This document shows positions 31,475 to 40,144 of a stretch of 64,000 bases of DNA, in pieces. This DNA comes from an uncultured Gaiellaceae bacterium. Lineage in GTDB: Bacteria > Actinomycetota > Thermoleophilia > Gaiellales > Gaiellaceae. The stretch lies in NCBI GenBank assembly GCA_963806955.1, contig CAWDZG010000002.1, positions 528,821 to 592,820 of the forward strand, written 5' to 3'. Both the position numbers and the translations under genes were made by a program. How positions within the stretch are numbered: position 1 is the first letter of the stretch; every line of letters begins with the position of its first letter. The notes beneath the pieces were generated by a model that was not told the DNA's origin, ran no database searches, and saw nothing but the letters and a program-made list of their open reading frames with translations.

Positions 31475-32013
31475 TGCCGTCCGAGCCATTTGTTATCAGT
31501 ACGTCCGTGAACGAGGACGAGGGTCGCTACGAGGTCGCCGGCATGTCGGAGCCGGCGACGCCAACGCTCGTGACGGAGCCGTCGAGCTCGCTGCTCCCGG
31601 CCGTAGCCGCGGGCATCGTCGCCGCCGTGGTCGGCGGCGTCGTCTGGGCGCTGATCGTCCAGGCGAGCAGCTACGAGGTGGGCATCGTCGCCTGGGGAAT
31701 CGGCTTCGTCGTCGGCACCGCCGTCGTGCTCGCGACCCGCGGCGCAAAGGGGCCGCGGCTCCAGGCAATCGCCGTCGTCCTGGCACTCGTCGGGATCCTG
31801 CTCGGCAAGTACCTCAGCTATGCGCTCGCGGTGCAGGACGAGGCCGAGAAGTTCGGGGAGAGCATCGGCCTGTTCTCCGCCCAGATGCGCTCGTTCTTCC
31901 GCGAGGACGTCGACGCCGTCTTCGGCGCCTTCGACCTGCTCTGGATCGGCCTCGCTGTCTTCACCGCCTGGCGGATCCCGCAGCCGGACACCACCGATCC
32001 GGCCGCGGGCTAG
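31474..32013 (+). CDS. hypothetical membrane protein
   Basis: The ATG overlaps the preceding TGA. About 4 predicted TM segments follow a polar N-terminus. No family recognised. Confidence 0.5.
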   Translation: MPSEPFVISTSVNEDEGRYEVAGMSEPATPTLVTEPSSSLLPAVAAGIVAAVVGGVVWALIVQASSYEVGIVAWGIGFVVGTAVVLATRGAKGPRLQAIAVVLALVGILLGKYLSYALAVQDEAEKFGESIGLFSAQMRSFFREDVDAVFGAFDLLWIGLAVFTAWRIPQPDTTDPAAG

Positions 32014-32020
32014 AGGCGCG

Positions 32021-32488
32021 CTAGATCCGGCAGGTCGCGCGGCCGTTCTTGACCAGGTACTGCTGGTGGTACTCCTCGGCGGGCCAGAACGTCGTCGCGT
32101 CGGCGATCTCCGTCGCGATCGGCTGTCCGAAGCGCACCTGAGCCCGCGCCTTCGACTCGGCAGCCGTCTCCGCCTGCTCGGGCGAGTGGGTGAAGATCGC
32201 CGAGCGGTACTGCGTGCCGACGTCCCAACCCTGGCGGTTCACCTGGGTCGGGTCGTGCAGGCCCCAGAAGCGGTCGACCAGCTCGGCGTACGAGACCTCG
32301 CCGGGGTCGAACGTGACCTCGACCGCCTCGGCGTGGCCGGTCGTGCCGCTGCAGACCTGCTCGTAGCTCGGAGCGTCGGCGTTCCCGCCGGTGTAGCCGA
32401 CCTGGACGTCGGTGACGCCAGGCGTGTTGCGGAAGTCGACCTCGACGCCCCAGAAGCAGCCGGCCGCGAACGTCGCCTTCTCGCTCAT
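32021..32488 (-). CDS. msrA: peptide-methionine (S)-S-oxide reductase
   Basis: GCFWGVE active-site motif, and AEEYHQQYL near the C-terminus. Confidence 0.9.
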   Translation of the reverse strand: MSEKATFAAGCFWGVEVDFRNTPGVTDVQVGYTGGNADAPSYEQVCSGTTGHAEAVEVTFDPGEVSYAELVDRFWGLHDPTQVNRQGWDVGTQYRSAIFTHSPEQAETAAESKARAQVRFGQPIATEIADATTFWPAEEYHQQYLVKNGRATCRI

Positions 32489-32880
32489 GTCCGCTCCAGC
32501 TCGAGCGCGCACGAGTTGATGCAGAAGCGCTGCCCGGTCGGGCCGGGGCCGTCGGGGAAGACGTGGCCGAGATGGCCGCCGCACGCGGCGCACATCACCT
32601 CGGTGCGCACCATCCCGTAGCTCGTGTCCGACTCGGTGACGACGCTCTCCAGGTCCTTCGGCTCGACGAAGCTCGGCCAGCCGGAGCCGGAGTCGTACTT
32701 GGCGTCCGAGCGGAAGAGCTCGGCGCCGCAGCCGGCGCAGCGGTACACGCCGGGGTCCTTCGTGTCGACGTACTCGCCGGTGAACGCGCGCTCGGTGCCC
32801 TTGCGCCGGAGAATCTCGTATTGCTCCGGGGCGAGCTCGGCACGCCACTGCTCATCCGTCTTCTGTGTCTTCATCTCCAT
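32485..32880 (-). CDS. msrB: peptide-methionine (R)-S-oxide reductase
   Basis: CxxC pairs ([21 protein letters not shown]) and RFCINS catalytic motif. An ATGA overlap joins it to msrA. Confidence 0.9.
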   Translation of the reverse strand: MEMKTQKTDEQWRAELAPEQYEILRRKGTERAFTGEYVDTKDPGVYRCAGCGAELFRSDAKYDSGSGWPSFVEPKDLESVVTESDTSYGMVRTEVMCAACGGHLGHVFPDGPGPTGQRFCINSCALELERT

Positions 32881-32916
32881 GCCGTCACGGTAGCGCGCCG
32901 GGGCATTACGGCCGGA

Positions 32917-33594
32917 TTAAGCCTGCGGCGACACGAAGGCCGCGATCGCGATGAAGTGAACGGCGGCGGCGAGGACGACGAGCACGTGGAAGATCTCGTG
33001 GTAGCCGAACGTCGCGGGTGCCGGGTTCGGCCGCCTGAACGCGTAGGCAAGCGCACCAAGCGTGTAGAGGGCGCCCCCGACGAAGACGAGCACGGCCGGT
33101 GCGACGCCGAGCTCGAACAGCTCCGGCACTGCCGCGATCCCGACCCAGCCGAGCGCGATGAAGACGATCGCCGTCAGCCACTTCGGCGCGTCCACCCAGG
33201 CGAGGTTGAGCACGAGCCCCGCGGCGGCGCCGGACCAGACGACGATCAGGATCACGTCGCCGAGCGTGCCGTCGAAGGCGAGCAACGCGAACGGCGTGTA
33301 TGTGCCCGCGATCAGGAGCAGGATCGTCGAGTGGTCGAGCCTGCGCATCCAGGTACGCATCCGCGGCGAGCGCCAGTTCACACGGTGGTAGAGCGCGCTG
33401 ACGCCGAACATCGAGGCGAGCGCCACGGCGTAGACCCAGGTCGCGAAGAGCTCGCGGCCGGAGTCCGAGAGGGCGACGAGCACGGTGCCGGCCGCGACCG
33501 CGGCATAGAAGGCGTACTGGTGGAAGACACCGCGCAGACGGGGCTTCTCGAGAACTTCCACCCCGAAAGTGTGCCCTACACTCGCGTTACTCAC
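32917..33594 (-). CDS. hemolysin III / PAQR family membrane protein
   Basis: Seven TM segments. [17 protein letters not shown] and [12 protein letters not shown] motifs. Confidence 0.85.
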   Translation of the reverse strand: MSNASVGHTFGVEVLEKPRLRGVFHQYAFYAAVAAGTVLVALSDSGRELFATWVYAVALASMFGVSALYHRVNWRSPRMRTWMRRLDHSTILLLIAGTYTPFALLAFDGTLGDVILIVVWSGAAAGLVLNLAWVDAPKWLTAIVFIALGWVGIAAVPELFELGVAPAVLVFVGGALYTLGALAYAFRRPNPAPATFGYHEIFHVLVVLAAAVHFIAIAAFVSPQA

Positions 33595-33597
33595 ACG

Positions 33598-33670
33598 GGG
33601 CCGTTAGCTCAGTTGGTAGAGCAGGGGACTTTTAATCCCAAGGTCGCTGGTTCGATCCCAGCACGGCCCA
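33598..33670 (+). tRNA. tRNA-Lys (anticodon TTT)
   Basis: GGGCCGTTAGCTCAGTTGGTAGAGCAGGGGACTTTTAATCCCAAGGTCGCTGGTTCGATCCCAGCACGGCCCA. Cloverleaf with anticodon loop CT-TTT-AA. Confidence 0.9.
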
Positions 33671-33696
33671 TCCCAGCCGCCGCTTCCGATTGCCGC

Positions 33697-33981
33697 GCCG
33701 AGGCCGGCGCCGACGCCGTCGCGATCTACACCGACGTCTGGACGAGCATGGGCCAGGAGCGCGAGCAGGCGCGCAGGCGCGCCGACCTCGCTCGTTACCG
33801 GGTCGACGCAGACCTGCTCCGTGCCGCCGGCGAGAACGCCATCGTGCTCCACTGCCTGCCCGCGCACGAGGGCGAGGAGATCACGTTCGAGGTGCTGTAC
33901 GGGCCGCGCTCCGCCGTCTGGGATCAGGCGGAGAACCGCCTCCACGCCCAGAAGGCGCTGCTCACTCTCGTCATGGACTGA
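33697..33981 (+). pseudogene. argF: 3-prime fragment of ornithine carbamoyltransferase (last ~95 codons only)
   Basis: [21 protein letters not shown]...[16 protein letters not shown]...[17 protein letters not shown] matches the OTCase C-terminal region, including the HCLP motif. The carbamoyl-phosphate-binding N-terminal two thirds are absent, and the tRNA-Lys gene sits where they would be. Confidence 0.7.
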
Positions 33982-34900
33982 CGTCCGGCGCAGGCAGGGG
34001 CAGGGCGGGCTCGAGGTAGATCTGGAGCTTCAGCGGCACGGCCGCCCGCACCCGCTGCTCCGCGGCGTCGATCGCACGGGCGACCTCCCGCGCCGAGTCG
34101 GTCATGCCGACGGCGATCTTCGCCGCGACGAGCACGTCGTCAGGGCCGAGGTGCAGCGTCCGCAGGCGCACGATCGCGTCGATGCCGTCGCCGACGAGCG
34201 CGGCCTCGATCGCGTCCCGGTGCTCGGGAAGCACGGCCTCGCCGATCAGCATCGAGCGCATCTCCCAGGCGAGAAACACCGCGATCGCGACGAGGAGCAC
34301 GCCGATAGCGCCCGAGCCGACCGCGTCCCAGCGGCCGTCGCCCGTCCCGAGCGTCATCCCGACGCCGAAGAGGCCGAAGACGAGCCCCAGCAGCGCCCCC
34401 GTGTCTTCGAGCAGGATCACCGGGATCTCCGGCGACCGGGACGCCTTGACGAACTGGAAGAGCGAGCGGCGGCCGCGGACGTGGTTCGCCTCCTTGACGG
34501 CGACGCTGAGCGCGTAACCCTCGAAGACCATCGCGAGCAGCAGCACCGTTACGGGCACCCACTGCCAGTCCTCGATTGGGTGCGGGTCGGCGAACTTGTG
34601 CCACGCCTCGTACAGCGCGAACAGCCCGCCGAGCGTGAAGAGCACGATCGAGACGACGAATGCGGCGAGGTAGCGCACCTGGCCGTAGCCGAACTGGTGG
34701 ACGTCCGAGGCCTTCCGGCTCGCCCCCTTGCCACCGAGCAGAAGCAGCCCCTGGTTCGAGCTGTCTGCGACCGAGTGGACGGACTCGGCGAGCATCGAGC
34801 TCGAGCCGGTGAGCAGGAAGCCCACGAACTTTGCGATTGCGATCCCGATATTCGCCGCGAGCGCGGTCAGGATCGCGTTGGTGCCACCCCCTGCTGCCAT
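33971..34900 (-). CDS. cation diffusion facilitator family transporter
   Basis: 309 aa. [18 protein letters not shown] and [12 protein letters not shown] motifs. C-terminal cytoplasmic domain. Confidence 0.85.
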   Translation of the reverse strand: MAAGGGTNAILTALAANIGIAIAKFVGFLLTGSSSMLAESVHSVADSSNQGLLLLGGKGASRKASDVHQFGYGQVRYLAAFVVSIVLFTLGGLFALYEAWHKFADPHPIEDWQWVPVTVLLLAMVFEGYALSVAVKEANHVRGRRSLFQFVKASRSPEIPVILLEDTGALLGLVFGLFGVGMTLGTGDGRWDAVGSGAIGVLLVAIAVFLAWEMRSMLIGEAVLPEHRDAIEAALVGDGIDAIVRLRTLHLGPDDVLVAAKIAVGMTDSAREVARAIDAAEQRVRAAVPLKLQIYLEPALPLPAPDVSP

Positions 34901-34972
34901 GTCACCCCTTCGTCAGGTGGCGCGGAGTCTAGATCCGCACCAGCCGCGACGAGCCGCCTCTATAGTCGGAGC

Positions 34973-35350
34973 ATGTCCCGCGGCCTACCGCTCCTGTTCG
35001 CCGTCGTCGTCCTGGCGCTCGCCGGCTGCGGTGGCAGCTCCTCGTCGAGCGACGGCGGCACGGCCACCCAGGCGGGCGAGCCGAGCGGCGCAGAGCGCGG
35101 CAACCTGCTGCTCGACGCCGAGGCCGCGACCTTCACCCTCTGCATCGAGCTCGGGATCGATCCCTGCGCGAACGAGGCCGACAGCATCGCGGCGACCAAG
35201 TCCTTCATCACGAAGACCAAGGCGATCGCGGCCGACAACGGCCTGTCCGACGCCGCGGTCGAGAGCACGCTCACGGCGGCGGCCGAACAGGTCGGCGAGG
35301 GCTGCGCCGAGTGCCGGCAGCTGCTCGAAGCCGAAGTCGCGGCCGGCTAG
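34973..35350 (+). CDS. hypothetical lipoprotein
   Basis: Signal peptide with lipobox LALAGCGG. 125 aa with four further Cys. No family recognised. Confidence 0.5.
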   Translation: MSRGLPLLFAVVVLALAGCGGSSSSSDGGTATQAGEPSGAERGNLLLDAEAATFTLCIELGIDPCANEADSIAATKSFITKTKAIAADNGLSDAAVESTLTAAAEQVGEGCAECRQLLEAEVAAG

Positions 35351-36721
35351 CTAGCGCTTCTTCCCGGGGTTGAGCAGCCCGGCGGGATCGAACGCCGCCT
35401 TGATCGCGTCGTGCAGCGCCAGCGCGCCCGGCTGCCACTGCCGCGGTAGCTGACCTCCCTTGACGAGCCCGAGGCCGTGCTCGCCGGAGATGCTGCCGCC
35501 GAGGCGCGCGGCCAGTGCGAACAGCTCTTCGGCGGCCGCCTCCGCGCGACCGAGCTCCGCCGGCTCGCCTGGATCGACGAGGAACGTCGAGTGGAGGTTG
35601 CCGTCTCCGGCATGGCCCCAGCTGCAGGCGGGCAGCTCGTGGCGGGCGCCGATCGCGAGCGTCTCCTCGATCGCCTCGCCGAGCCGGTCGAAGGGGACGA
35701 CGATGTCCTCGCTCACCTTGCCGCCGCGCTCGACCTGCACGGCGATCGAGACGCCGTCGCGCCAGCGCCAGAGCGACGCGATCTCCACGGCGCTCTCGGG
35801 CGCCCACACGAGCAGCGCGTCCTCGTCCACCGCCTCGAGCACGTCCGCTCGCAGCCGGGCGACCTCCTCGACGGAGCCGTCGACGTCGACGAGCACCATG
35901 AAACCGCCACGGGCGAGTGGCACCGGGAACGCGTCGGCGGCGCGCCGCACCGTCTCGGCGTCGAGGTACTCGAGCGCCGCCACGGGGATGCCGCTGCCGA
36001 GCACCCGCGCGAGCGCCTCGCAGCCACTCGCCGTGTCCGGATGGAGCGAGACGACGGGGGCGACCGCCTCGGGCGCGGGGACGAGCCGCAGCCAGACCGA
36101 CGTGATCACGCCGAGCGTGCCCTCCGAGCCGACGAGCAGGCTCGCGAGGTCGTAGCCCGCGACGTCCTTCCGGATCGCACCGCCGACGCGAACGAGCTCG
36201 CCCGGTGCGACGACGGCCTCGAGCCCGGTCACCCAGTCGCCGGTGACGCCGTACTTGAAGGCATGCGGCCCGCCGGCGTTCGTGGCGACGTTGCCGCCGA
36301 TCTGCGACTCCTCGGCCGCGCCGGGATCGGGCGGGAAGAGCAGGCCGCTCTCCCGCGCACGGCGGCGCACGTCCAGCGTCGTCACTCCGGCTTCGGCCTC
36401 CATCCGCCAGAGCTCCGGGTCGAGCGAGCGCACCCTCGTGAGGCGCTCCAGCGCGAGCACGACGCCGCCGCCGGGCACCGCGCCGCCGGCGAAACCCGTG
36501 CCGCCGCCGCGGGGCGTGATCTGCACGCCGTGCTCGTAGCACCAGCCGACCACCTCCGCGACCTCGTCTGCGCTGCCGGGCGCGACGACCGCGTCGGCGC
36601 TGCCGCGGAGGCCGCGCGCCTCGGTCGCGTCGGCGAGATAGCGCGGCGGCACGCCACGGAGGACGGCGTCGCCGAACCGGGAGCGGAGGGCGTCCTCGAG
36701 CGCTGCCGGCGCGACGCTCAC
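35351..36721 (-). CDS. FAD-linked oxidase (GlcD / D-lactate dehydrogenase family)
   Basis: PCMH-type FAD-binding region ITPRGGGTGFAGGAV, and C-terminal SGEHGLGLVKG...LLNPGK. The GTG start overlaps the FAH stop (GTGA). It is the lower part of a 1232-aa artefactual fused ORF. Confidence 0.85.
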   Translation of the reverse strand: MSVAPAALEDALRSRFGDAVLRGVPPRYLADATEARGLRGSADAVVAPGSADEVAEVVGWCYEHGVQITPRGGGTGFAGGAVPGGGVVLALERLTRVRSLDPELWRMEAEAGVTTLDVRRRARESGLLFPPDPGAAEESQIGGNVATNAGGPHAFKYGVTGDWVTGLEAVVAPGELVRVGGAIRKDVAGYDLASLLVGSEGTLGVITSVWLRLVPAPEAVAPVVSLHPDTASGCEALARVLGSGIPVAALEYLDAETVRRAADAFPVPLARGGFMVLVDVDGSVEEVARLRADVLEAVDEDALLVWAPESAVEIASLWRWRDGVSIAVQVERGGKVSEDIVVPFDRLGEAIEETLAIGARHELPACSWGHAGDGNLHSTFLVDPGEPAELGRAEAAAEELFALAARLGGSISGEHGLGLVKGGQLPRQWQPGALALHDAIKAAFDPAGLLNPGKKR

Positions 36722-37380
36722 GCGCGGCGCACCGGGTTCGTCAGCGTGCCGACTCCCTCGATCTCGACCGTCACCTCGTCGCCGTCCTCGAGATAGACGG
36801 GTGGTGTGCGCGCGAAGCCGACGCCGGGCGGCGTCCCCGTCAGGATCAGGTCGCCGGCGACCAGCTCGATCCCGTCGCTGATGTAGGCGATCACCTCCGC
36901 GACGGAGAAGATCATGTCGGCGGTGCTCGCGTCCTGCAGCGCCTCGCCGTTCACGAGGCAACGGATGCGCAGCGCCTGCGGGTCGGCGATCCGGTCGGCG
37001 GGCACGAGCTCCGGGCCCACGGGACAGAACGTGTCGAACGACTTCCCCCGTGTCCACTGGCCGTCCGCGAACTGCACGGCGCGCGAGCTGACGTCGTTCG
37101 CGCAGACGTAGCCGGCGACGTGGTCGAGCGCGTCGGCGGCCGCGATGGTGCGGCCGCCCCGGCCGATCACGACGCCGAGCTCGGCCTCGTAGTCGGTCTC
37201 GGCTGCCTGGCGGGGGAGCACGATCGTCGCGCCGTGGCCGACGAGCGCGTTCGGCCACTTCGCGAACAGGAGCGGCGCGGACGGCAGTTCCATCTTCGAC
37301 TCGGCCGCATGGTCGCGGTAGTTCAGGCCGACGCACAGGATCTTGCTCGGACGGTCGATCGGCAGGCCGTTGGCGGCCAC
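36718..37380 (-). CDS. fumarylacetoacetate hydrolase (FAH) family protein
   Basis: ILCVGLNYRDHA, ETDYEAELGVVIG metal-ligand motif and GDLILTGTPPGVG. Confidence 0.9.
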   Translation of the reverse strand: MAANGLPIDRPSKILCVGLNYRDHAAESKMELPSAPLLFAKWPNALVGHGATIVLPRQAAETDYEAELGVVIGRGGRTIAAADALDHVAGYVCANDVSSRAVQFADGQWTRGKSFDTFCPVGPELVPADRIADPQALRIRCLVNGEALQDASTADMIFSVAEVIAYISDGIELVAGDLILTGTPPGVGFARTPPVYLEDGDEVTVEIEGVGTLTNPVRRA

Positions 37381-38785
37381 TCAGTGCTCCTCTCGGACGG
37401 GGGCGGGGGCGAAGACCTTGCCCGGGTTCATGATCCCGCTCGGGTCGAAGACAGCCTTGAGCCGGCGCATCAGCGGCACGAGGTCGCCGTGCTCGAGCTC
37501 GAGCGCGCGCAGCTTGCCGGAGCCGATGCCGTGCTCGCCGGTGCACGTGCCTCCGCGCGCCAGCGCGTCGGCGACGAGGCTGTCGACCAGCTCGTCGGCG
37601 CGCGCGAGCTCGGCGGCGTCGTCGGGATCGACCTGGAGCGAGACGTGGACGTTGCCGTCTCCCGCGTGGCCGAGGATCGCGCCCTCGAGCTCGAGCCGCT
37701 CCAGCTCCCCGCGCGCGAAGGCGACGGCGGCCGCCAGCTCCGAGACCGGGACGCAGGTGTCCGTCGCCCGCTCGCGGCGGCCCGGGGAGACGGCGGCGGC
37801 CGCGTAGGCGGCCTCGTGCCGCACGGCCCAGAGCCGCGCCCGCGCGTCGGGCTCGCGCTCGTCGACGACCGACGTCGCCCCCTCGTCGAGGGCCAGCGCA
37901 CGCACGAGCGCGAGGTCGGCCTCCACGGTCGCCTCGCTCCCCGCGGCCTCGACGAGCAGGCACGGCCCTTCGTCGTAGCCGGTGCCGAAGTGGGTGTTGA
38001 TCGCGGCGATCGACCAGGCGTCGAGCAGCTCGAGCCGGGTCACCGCGGAGCCGGCGGCCACGGCCGCGGCGGCGGTCCGACAGGCCGCCTCGAGGCTGGG
38101 GAAGGTGATGCGCTGCGCGACCACGTGCTCGGGGATGCCGTAGAGGCGCACGGTCACCTCGGTGATCACGGCGAGCGTGCCCTCGGAGCCAACGAGCAGT
38201 GAGGTGAGGTCGTAGCCGGCGGAGGTCTTCGGTGCGCGGCTGCCGGTTCGGATCACGGTGCCGTCCGGGAGCACGGCCTCGAGCGCGAGGACGTTCTCGC
38301 GCATCTTCCCGTACCGGATCGTGGTCGTTCCGGCCGCGTTCGTCGCAGCCATGCCCCCGAGCGTGGCGTCCGCGCCCGGATCGACCGGGAAGAAGAGGCC
38401 GTGCTCTCCGGCCGCCCGCGCCAGCGCGCTGCGCGTGACGCCGGCCTGAACCGTGGCCGTGAGGTCGCGCGGCCGCGACCTCGAGGATCCGGTCCAGCCG
38501 CGAGAGGTCGAGGCTGATCCCGCCGCGCGCCGGAATCACGTGGCCCTCGAGGCTCGAGCCGGCCCCGAACGGCGTCACGGCGACGCCGCGCGCGCTCGCC
38601 AGCGCGAGCACGGCGGACACCTCGCCACTCGACGCGGGATAGACGACGACGTCCGGCAGGCGCGGCCGGTGGAAGCTGATGTCGGCCGAGTGCAGCTCGC
38701 GGTCGGAGTCGCCGGTCGAGACGCGGCCGCCGTCGAGCAGCGCCGCCTCGAGCTCGGCCCGCAGCTCGTCGGTCGCGACGCTCAC
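37381..38785 (-). pseudogene. FAD-linked oxidase (GlcD family), one frameshift near 38460
   Basis: The N-terminus (VSVATDELRAELE...VTPFGAGSSLEGHVIP) is in the 39049 frame. The remainder (GMAATNAAGTTTIRYGKMRENV...TGEHGIGSGK...IMNPGKV) is in frame 37381..38352. Confidence 0.7.
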
Positions 38786-39477
38786 GCGTCCACCTCGGAA
38801 GGCAGGTCGCCCCCGACGCGCTCGACGGCCCAGCGCAGGCTCTCCTGCACCGTGCGCTCGGCGGCCTCGCCGTCGTGGGCCCGGCAGGCCGCGAGGAAGG
38901 TCGCGTAGCGGCCGACCGACTCCCGGAAACGCTGCGGCGACGAGAGCACGATCCGGTTGTAGCGCTCCGACCGGTTGTAGAGCCGCTCGACCTCTGCGAC
39001 GAGGCGCTTGCGGCCGCTCGCGCGGTAGCAGGTGCCATAGAAGTCCCACCTGAGGCCGAGGTACTGGTCGACGTCCTGCTTGCGGGCGGCGTGCCGGAGA
39101 TGGTCGAGCAGCTCACGCATCTCGTCGAGCTCCTCGCGGCCGACGGCAGCGGCGCCGATCCGCGCGGCAAGCCCCTCCAGGCCGAAGCGGGCGGCGTAGA
39201 TCTCCTCGAAGTCCTCGCGCGTGAGCCGGTTCACGACCGCTCTGCCGGTCGGCCCGAGCGCCACGAACCCCTCGCGCTCGAGCTGGCTCAACCCCGCCCG
39301 GACCGGCGTCTGGGAGACGCCGAGCCTGGTGGCGAGCTCGCGCTGCACGAGCGGCACGCCCTCCTCCAGCTGGCCGGAGACGATCAGCTCCCGGAGCGAC
39401 TCCGCGACGCGCTGCTCGATCGACCGACGCTCCCCGAGGGGGCGGATCGGCAGGTCATTTCCGGTCTCACCTTTCAT
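38782..39477 (-). CDS. GntR family transcriptional regulator (FadR/FCD subfamily)
   Basis: HTH LVQRELATRLGVSQTPVRAGLSQLEREGFV plus an all-helical FCD-like C-terminal domain. The internal ATG at 39477 is preferred to 39528, which lies inside the intergenic palindrome. Confidence 0.85.
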   Translation of the reverse strand: MKGETGNDLPIRPLGERRSIEQRVAESLRELIVSGQLEEGVPLVQRELATRLGVSQTPVRAGLSQLEREGFVALGPTGRAVVNRLTREDFEEIYAARFGLEGLAARIGAAAVGREELDEMRELLDHLRHAARKQDVDQYLGLRWDFYGTCYRASGRKRLVAEVERLYNRSERYNRIVLSSPQRFRESVGRYATFLAACRAHDGEAAERTVQESLRWAVERVGGDLPSEVDA

Positions 39478-39516
39478 TTCTCTGCAGTCTCGTTTACGCT
39501 CGCCCCAATGCGCAAC

Positions 39517-39535
39517 ATGAAATTTCAAATTTCAT
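39517..39535. promoter_or_regulatory. 19-bp perfect AT-rich palindrome ATGAAATTTCAAATTTCAT (candidate operator)
   Basis: Lies in the 79-bp divergent region between the GntR-headed operon and the rraA-like/hyu/sox operon. It is the most AT-rich stretch I saw outside the 3-prime tail. Confidence 0.5.
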
Positions 39536-39556
39536 TTCGCGAATCGTAGATACGAG

Positions 39557-40144
39557 ATGTCGGAGCTCCTCTCCACCGCGATCGTGCTCGAGGCCGCCGC
39601 CGGAAGAGCCCGGGCCGTCCAGGGCCTGACCCACCTGACGCTGATGGACGCGATCTGCGCTCCGGCCGCCACGTGCGCGTGCGCGCCCGGCGACAACCTG
39701 GCCGCGCACAGGCTGCTGCTGGAGGCGCCGGAGGGGACGGCGCTCGTCGTCGACGCCGGGCACCGAACCGACACCGGCTACTTCGGCGAGCTGATGGCGA
39801 TGGACGCCGAGGGGCGAGAGCTGCAGGGCCTCGTGATCGACGGCCCGATCCGCGACGGCGGCGCGATCGGCGTGCTCGGCTTCCCGGTCTTCCACGCGGG
39901 CTTCGTCGCGACAGGGCCCGCGAAGCGGGAGGCGCCGTCCGTGGGCGAGCCCGTCAGCGTGGGCGGCGTCGAGGTCGCACCCGGCGACCAGATCGTCGCC
40001 GACAGCGACGCCGTGCTCGTCGTCCCGGCCGCCGACTGGCCGGCGATCGAGGCCGCCGCGCTCGAGCTCCTCGCGCGGGAGGACGAGATCCGCACGCACC
40101 TGCTGCGGGGCGGCCGCCTCGCGGAGATCCTGGAGCTGCCGTGA
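39557..40144 (+). CDS. RraA family protein (putative 4-hydroxy-2-oxoacid aldolase / oxaloacetate decarboxylase)
   Basis: PGDNLAAH...GTALVVDAGHRTDTGYFGELMA...GLVIDGPIRD...GFPVFHAG...GDQIVADSDAVLVVP follows the RraA/aldolase family pattern. Confidence 0.75.
   Translation: MSELLSTAIVLEAAAGRARAVQGLTHLTLMDAICAPAATCACAPGDNLAAHRLLLEAPEGTALVVDAGHRTDTGYFGELMAMDAEGRELQGLVIDGPIRDGGAIGVLGFPVFHAGFVATGPAKREAPSVGEPVSVGGVEVAPGDQIVADSDAVLVVPAADWPAIEAAALELLAREDEIRTHLLRGGRLAEILELP

Noticed and set aside
32563-33981. A 472-aa plus-strand ORF spanning msrB, hemolysin III, tRNA-Lys and the argF fragment.
   Set aside because: Only the last ~95 codons look like a real protein (the OTCase C-terminus). The rest is antisense to well-supported genes and runs through a tRNA.
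35351-39049. A 1232-aa single ORF that looks like a giant multidomain protein.
   Set aside because: It is a read-through artefact. The same frame happens to be open across the second GlcD-like gene, out-of-frame sequence over the FAH gene, and the N-terminus of the first GlcD-like gene. Internal GTG starts with GTGA overlaps and a separate FAH ORF explain the region better.
39494-39549. Tiny ORFs MKFQISFRES (plus strand) and MKFEISCCALGRA (minus strand) generated by the 19-bp palindrome, considered as possible leader peptides.
   Set aside because: Both arise automatically from the dyad symmetry (ATGAAATTT on each strand). There is no SD and the codon usage is atypical. They are treated as a by-product of an operator-like palindrome.
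39545-39556. A TAGATA hexamer a few nt upstream of the rraA-like ATG, considered as a -10 box for a leaderless transcript.
   Set aside because: The spacing to the ATG is shorter than usual and there is no supporting -35 element. It cannot be supported without transcription start site data.
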